From the NCBI GenBank assembly GCA_000002435.2, contig CM018791.1: DNA of 64,000 bases, one strand, 5' to 3'. Each line of letters starts with the position of its first letter. Position 1 is the first letter of the stretch. This DNA is from Giardia intestinalis (taxonomy: Eukaryota). The position numbers and the translations under genes were made by a program. Of the stretch, positions 55,801-61,800 are shown in pieces. A model generated the notes under the pieces. It ran no database searches. It worked only from the letters and a program-made list of their open reading frames with translations, and was not told the origin of the DNA.

Positions 55801-58800
55801 CTGTTTATGCTGCGCCAAAACTTGCACACGTCCCAACAGGCTGTGATAGTAGATTGCATAAACGATAAGTCTGCAATGGAGATAATTGAGCGAGCAATTT
55901 ACCTCTGTGTGTACACCAAGTCAGTGGTGGCAGATAAGGACAAGCCAATCAAGCATATTGTGCTGCTACTTTCGAGCCAGCAAGCAACTCCTATGCATAC
56001 CTCTTCTGGGCTCGGAGAGAGCGCATCCTGTATTGAGGTCCTAAACACATCTGCCCGTGGAGAAGCTGCTTCTAATGATAGGGATCTCAGGAACCTAATT
56101 TTAGCACTAGCTACGCCGTATGCTGAAATATTCAGCGCCTTGCCTCAAAGGCTCCGAACAGACTTTATACAACGAACTGGTCTTCATAGTTCGCGAGACA
56201 TCCATAATCTGCTATTGTCTGTATTCGTCCTAGTTGTAACGACCCCGGCAACCCTGGACTTTTCTCTCTCTCAAACCAATGTCGTCCCCTTTGGTCTTGA
56301 AGATTATCCCAAAGCCTTAGGGATCAACACACGATTGTCCCTCCAGCTTTCCTTTAATTTGGTAGACAAGCCTACTGAGAAGTTACAGATTAGACAGAGG
56401 GCGTCTGAAGTCTCAGAGTACACTGAGGCTCGCCTTGGGAACAACGGACATGCAGGCTACTTTGCATTCTTATTAGCAGGGTCACATGATAATATAGCGC
56501 TTTGTGCAAGCATCCTAGCCACGGAATTCCCGGTAATGATTCAGTGGGCACAGACCCGTCTGGGTGCCGTCTTTGCAGGGCGAAGCCACGGGTTCCTGCT
56601 GAAGGATCATCTACCAGTTATCAAGGTCACAAAGGGCTCACTGGAGGAGTACCTGTCATCACTTATGTCCACCAATGTTATTGACATAGCCACGTTCTTC
56701 TATGAGGCCCTTAGGCTGACCGGCTCTCCTCAGCCCACAGCATACAGTATCGTGATATTTACGCATTTCGTTCTTCAGGAATTTAAATACAGGCTTGCAC
56801 GCTTCGTTGACTCACTTGATCAAATATGCTGTAATCTGCAAACGGCCCAAAATCTTAGCTCAGCCTCTACTAAAGAACTTAACAGCGTAAAGAAGCAGTC
56901 CGACATTGAAACACAGCAAGTCGAGGAGATTGCAAAAGAGCTGAAGCAAGCAGACACAGACATCACACAAATGATCAAGAGGCTGGTGTATAATCAGCGG
57001 CTCTTTAAAAACCGCCAGCGCAAAATAGCCACCTTGACTGCTGAAAGTAACAGATTGCAGAAGCTTATCAGTCAGGCCCTTCCTAGACTGAAGACTGCAG
57101 TTAATGCGGTGAATAAGCTGACAAAAGATGTTGTGGGCGGAATAAAGGTCCTGAAGCAGCCGCCCTCAAGCCTCCGAAGAATAATTGACTGCCTAGCTAT
57201 ATTGATGCATGCGCCCCTATCCAAAATATCTCACGACATACTCCAGGTGACTCTTCCCCTAGTCTCACCTGACTTGATGGACGACGAGCTCGCCCTGCAG
57301 CGCATATACGATCGTGAATCGAACAAAGCATCGCGTCCGCTGCTCTTCTTTATCGGCCAGGAAGTTATTAGTCAGGTTCGCCGAAGAGCTCCTGTCCCAG
57401 ACGACTCAGAGCTGGATGATATGCAGGTAGCAATCAACGCAGATATCGCGATGATGGAAAACCTTAGATTGGTTAGCTACAGCGACTATACCAAGCAGGT
57501 TGAAGATGAGTGCTGCAGAAAGGCTTCGGACGCGCCTCAAGACGCTTCCTCTCAGCTCAGAGCTGCCAAGGACGCCTTTGTGGTAAAAGACCTCGGTAAG
57601 CTGCTCTCCGACGTTCATGGAGCTTCTCTACTTGGGAGCACATTTCATGGGTCGGCTTTTAAGAAGCAGATGTCTCTTGAACTCAGCTTTGCGGAGCGGC
57701 CTGATATTTATATAGGCAGGAAGATTACCGATCCTTATCTAACGGCAAACGATCTTCGCATGAACATCCCAAAGATTCTATCGAATGTTGACATGCTCCG
57801 GAGTGCGTCACACATCTTCAGCTTCTCTGAGCTAGGTAACGATATTTTGCATGTCCTACACCCGTTTAACTACGAAGAAATATACAATTACGTACTTGCC
57901 CACGGAGCATTTGTTAGCGACCTTACCAGGCCTATTGAACTAGAGACCAAGGGGAGACGGTCAGAGAAGAAATCAACTTACAACCTATATACCACATACC
58001 GATATTCGTGCATGGTAAGGGACCAGTGTGTCATCAGCTCTGCTCCTGTTCTTGTGAACTTCCACGATGGAACAACACTAGAAGAGAGCAGTGCATCATC
58101 CAATGCCATAAACGTGACATTCTATGCGCCCAAGGATTCGTTTGATGAGCTACAATACTTCCTGCAAGCAACAGCCTTTTCTGAGCGGATTTGCAGGTTT
58201 GATCCGACGGTTCTAACAGACGAACAGATAGAGCTGCTGGAACCGTACCTGGCACAGCCTGATTTTAATTACTATTCTGCAGGGAAGATTTCTCAACTTT
58301 GCCAAAGCATGATCGAGTGGCTCAATGCAGTCGTTTCTTACTACAAGTTGGCGTGTGCGCTCCACCCTGTTTATCAGCGCAACGAGTTTGTGCGTTCATT
58401 CATCAACAACTTTACTGCAGAATCAGACAATCTCGCTGTAATGATCCATCAAGATGAGGAAGCAATTGTCGCGATGCGCAACAGAAAAAAAGAGCTTGTC
58501 AAGGAGCAAGATAGGCTAGGGGCTCGCGCCAAAGATACCCTAACTCACGAGCGATATTCGCAACATATCAAATCAGAAATGACGGAAAAGTATGACACAT
58601 GGCTGACAAACTTTCAAACAATGTGCGGTGAACTGAGCAGTCTACTGATCGATGCTGTTGTGTACTCCACTTTTGTCTGTGGGGGGTTCACGGTATGCAG
58701 TTCGTTCAAGCGTGCACTGCAGGAGTCTCGAGCGTCTCAATTTTGCAAGGCCACAGTTCCTTTATCCGACACCGAAAAGCATCTTTTCTCTCAATACGGA

Positions 58801-61800
58801 AATACGATTGTATATGGGGATACTCAGCATGGAACAGAAACCTCTATGACACCGCACGCTCACAAGAAGTCGACCATCAACTATCTGCTAAACATAAGCA
58901 ATGCAGCGCAGTCATTCGTAAGTCATTACATAGACAGCCAAAGACATACAAAAGCACGGCCATGCGATCCGGAGCAGTTTTCGCTAGATGTCGCAGATGC
59001 TTCAGACGATGATGCCTTAGACAAGTTCAGTGAGCAGGTGGCAGAGAGTGACTCCGCTGCAGTCTTGGCTCAGGGGCTTCACACTGACTATGCTATATCC
59101 CTGACGACGGATGTGCTTGCTATCGCTCACAGTACCGGAATCTCTCTACCGAAGACGTATCATATTTTCGTCGAAGGGGATATGTTTACCTCCTTTGGCC
59201 TAACATATGGATTTGTAACACAAATAAGGCCTCTTACAGACATCTTTCTCAAGCAAGACTTCTATCCTCGAGTTGATGTCACAGATAGCTCCGACGGCTA
59301 TCTGCACACAGGTCTTCTTGGGCTTATTTTGCACTATCCCCTTGCATTCTATGCCATGGGAATAACAAAAGAAGAAATTCTGCAGCTATCGGCACTCTTC
59401 ACATGCCCATTGGTCCCCCTGGTTTGGGATCCTCGTGGACACTTTGAAGAATTCCTTATCAACCTCAAGGAATATAGCCACATATGTAGCCAGAAAATAC
59501 GAAAACTGGTGAACTCCAGCTACCTCTTGTCTCCTGACCAGCTTCGTCAGATTTACCACCGGCTAGAGGAACCAGAACTAGTAGTGTACGATTCCTTACC
59601 TGAATTCCTTGATTCCTTGTTATCAGACTGTCCGTCAAATAGGGCCATAGGACACAGCTACTCCAACCTCACGGTTGCATACATTACGCCAGATGATTTG
59701 TTAGGGAAGACTCAACACAGCAATATGACACTATCATCAGTTCTTTCACAGCTTGTCATGACATCGGCTATACGGGGTGTACGCCACCGAGTGATCTTAG
59801 TCCTCAGAGGTCATAGTCTGCATGCTATCCGCGACCAAGCACTTGATTCCTTTATCAGTGCAGACGCCAGTGGTATTTTCGCACACTACGAATTTTCTTA
59901 TCAACTGCACTACCAACTTGCTCGCTCAGTGGGACTCTCGTGTAAGGCCCCCTGCCTTTACCGGAACATCTTAACCGATGCTAGTGCAGATCTTCTAGAA
60001 GCATTTCTGGATTATGTATTCTGCTTTACTCTATACATGCGAGCTGATAGCACAGTCAATAAAGAGGATTACATCGCGGTGCTTGTTTCTGCCAAGCAGA
60101 ACGTTCTACTGGCCGGACAAAAAGTGGAGTCCATTCTTGACAACGTGGAAGTCGTCATCCGGAACTTTGCTAACATAGAACATACCTATAACATAATTCA
60201 GCAGGTCCTCTGCGGGCATTCATTCACCGTTAAGCTTTCTGATGGAGGGGACATCGGTGTTGACAACCTAACCGAAAGGTCTCTGTCAGAGAGTGGTCTG
60301 GAGGTGACGCAGATAAGCGTTCCGCTCTCAAATCGCTATCAGGAGACTACAGTGACACGAGAAATGCTTTCAAAGTTGGCATTTCTCTATTCATTATTCT
60401 ACGACAAATCTACAACGGACTTGATCAATTACCAGCTATACAAAACAGTCTCTCTACATATTATGCAGGACCTGCTAGCGCCCCTGAACCTACGCACATA
60501 CTTCCTCGTAATCTCGCTCTACGGTGCCCACTACCAATACAAAAGTGTGCACCCGGGTATTATCAATCTTCTCATCGTATTGCTCTGTGAGCTGGACAAA
60601 CGTACAGACATATTTTTTGACCCTTTACAATCATCCAGCGGTACAGCCCACCTCGAGCTAAGATCCTCTGGGCCAAGTATGTCAACGTCAGCAACTGAGA
60701 GCGTTATAACTAGCAGTGGAGAGTCATCGGACAGTGAAGTCTTGGCTGATAAGTTGTACTTCGTCACAGGCAGGCTCCTCACAATGTTATCAAGCTTGCC
60801 GTTACTTGACGCACTAAGACACGAATTCAAGCTTACTGGCACCAACATTAACTTTTGGAAGTGGTACATCACCTACTTTGTGGGCAAATGCAGCAGTGCA
60901 CAGGCATCTGAGGGCGCATCTAAGGGGTATCTTGATCGTGACAAAATCCTCTATCCAAGCAGCTATCAAGACGTGGTTGCAAAGATCGCTGTTAGCTTTG
61001 GTGGTGGTGCCGTTCTAAGGGAATCGCTTGCAGACTATATAGATATTATAACCTTCTGCTTATTTAGTATCGGCGTCAAAAATTACGAAGAGATCTGCAA
61101 TCAGAGAGTGTCTAATAATAATAATAACAACAAGAGTCAGTTCAGTCCTCGCCTAAATTCGACACAGGGGGTCTTCATGAATTGGCTGATACACTCTTTG
61201 GACATTTTGTCTAGGCAACTCACGGACAATGGCTGTGTAAAGAACTTCCTCTATAAACGGAAGTCGCCAATTGGTCTTTTCCTCAACGACTCGTATGGAG
61301 TGGGGATAGAGGCGACTATCTATAGAGAGATTAACTACTTCTTCAAGCGCAACAACATGCTGAGACTGACACAGAAGCGGCATGCTTCAAGTGGCTCTCA
61401 TGTTACTGAGCAGGCATACATTAGTATCGACGAAACAAATCAGGATCCTCACCAGTGCAACATTTCCACATTTGTGCTTCCATCTTCATTGCACATAGGC
61501 AGGACCTTCTCTCTTGAGACGCTAGTCCATATATGGAAGTGTCTATCGATCTATGAATACCGGACCTCTGTAGACCAGTCTGTCTTTGATTGCTTTGTGC
61601 AGGCCAACGAAGCTACAAGGAGGACATATTCCTTGACAGAAATCACACTTCTTCCTCGCAGCTGGCCAGCTGCCGTGCGAAACGAAATTATGAGCCGCAT
61701 CAGTGACTATTCCACAGGTAAGTGCATGACAGGGAAGAGGAGTGCCGGGGAGTCATCTGCAAACAGCGAGAGTATCTGCTACAGAAGCAACGGAAACAAT

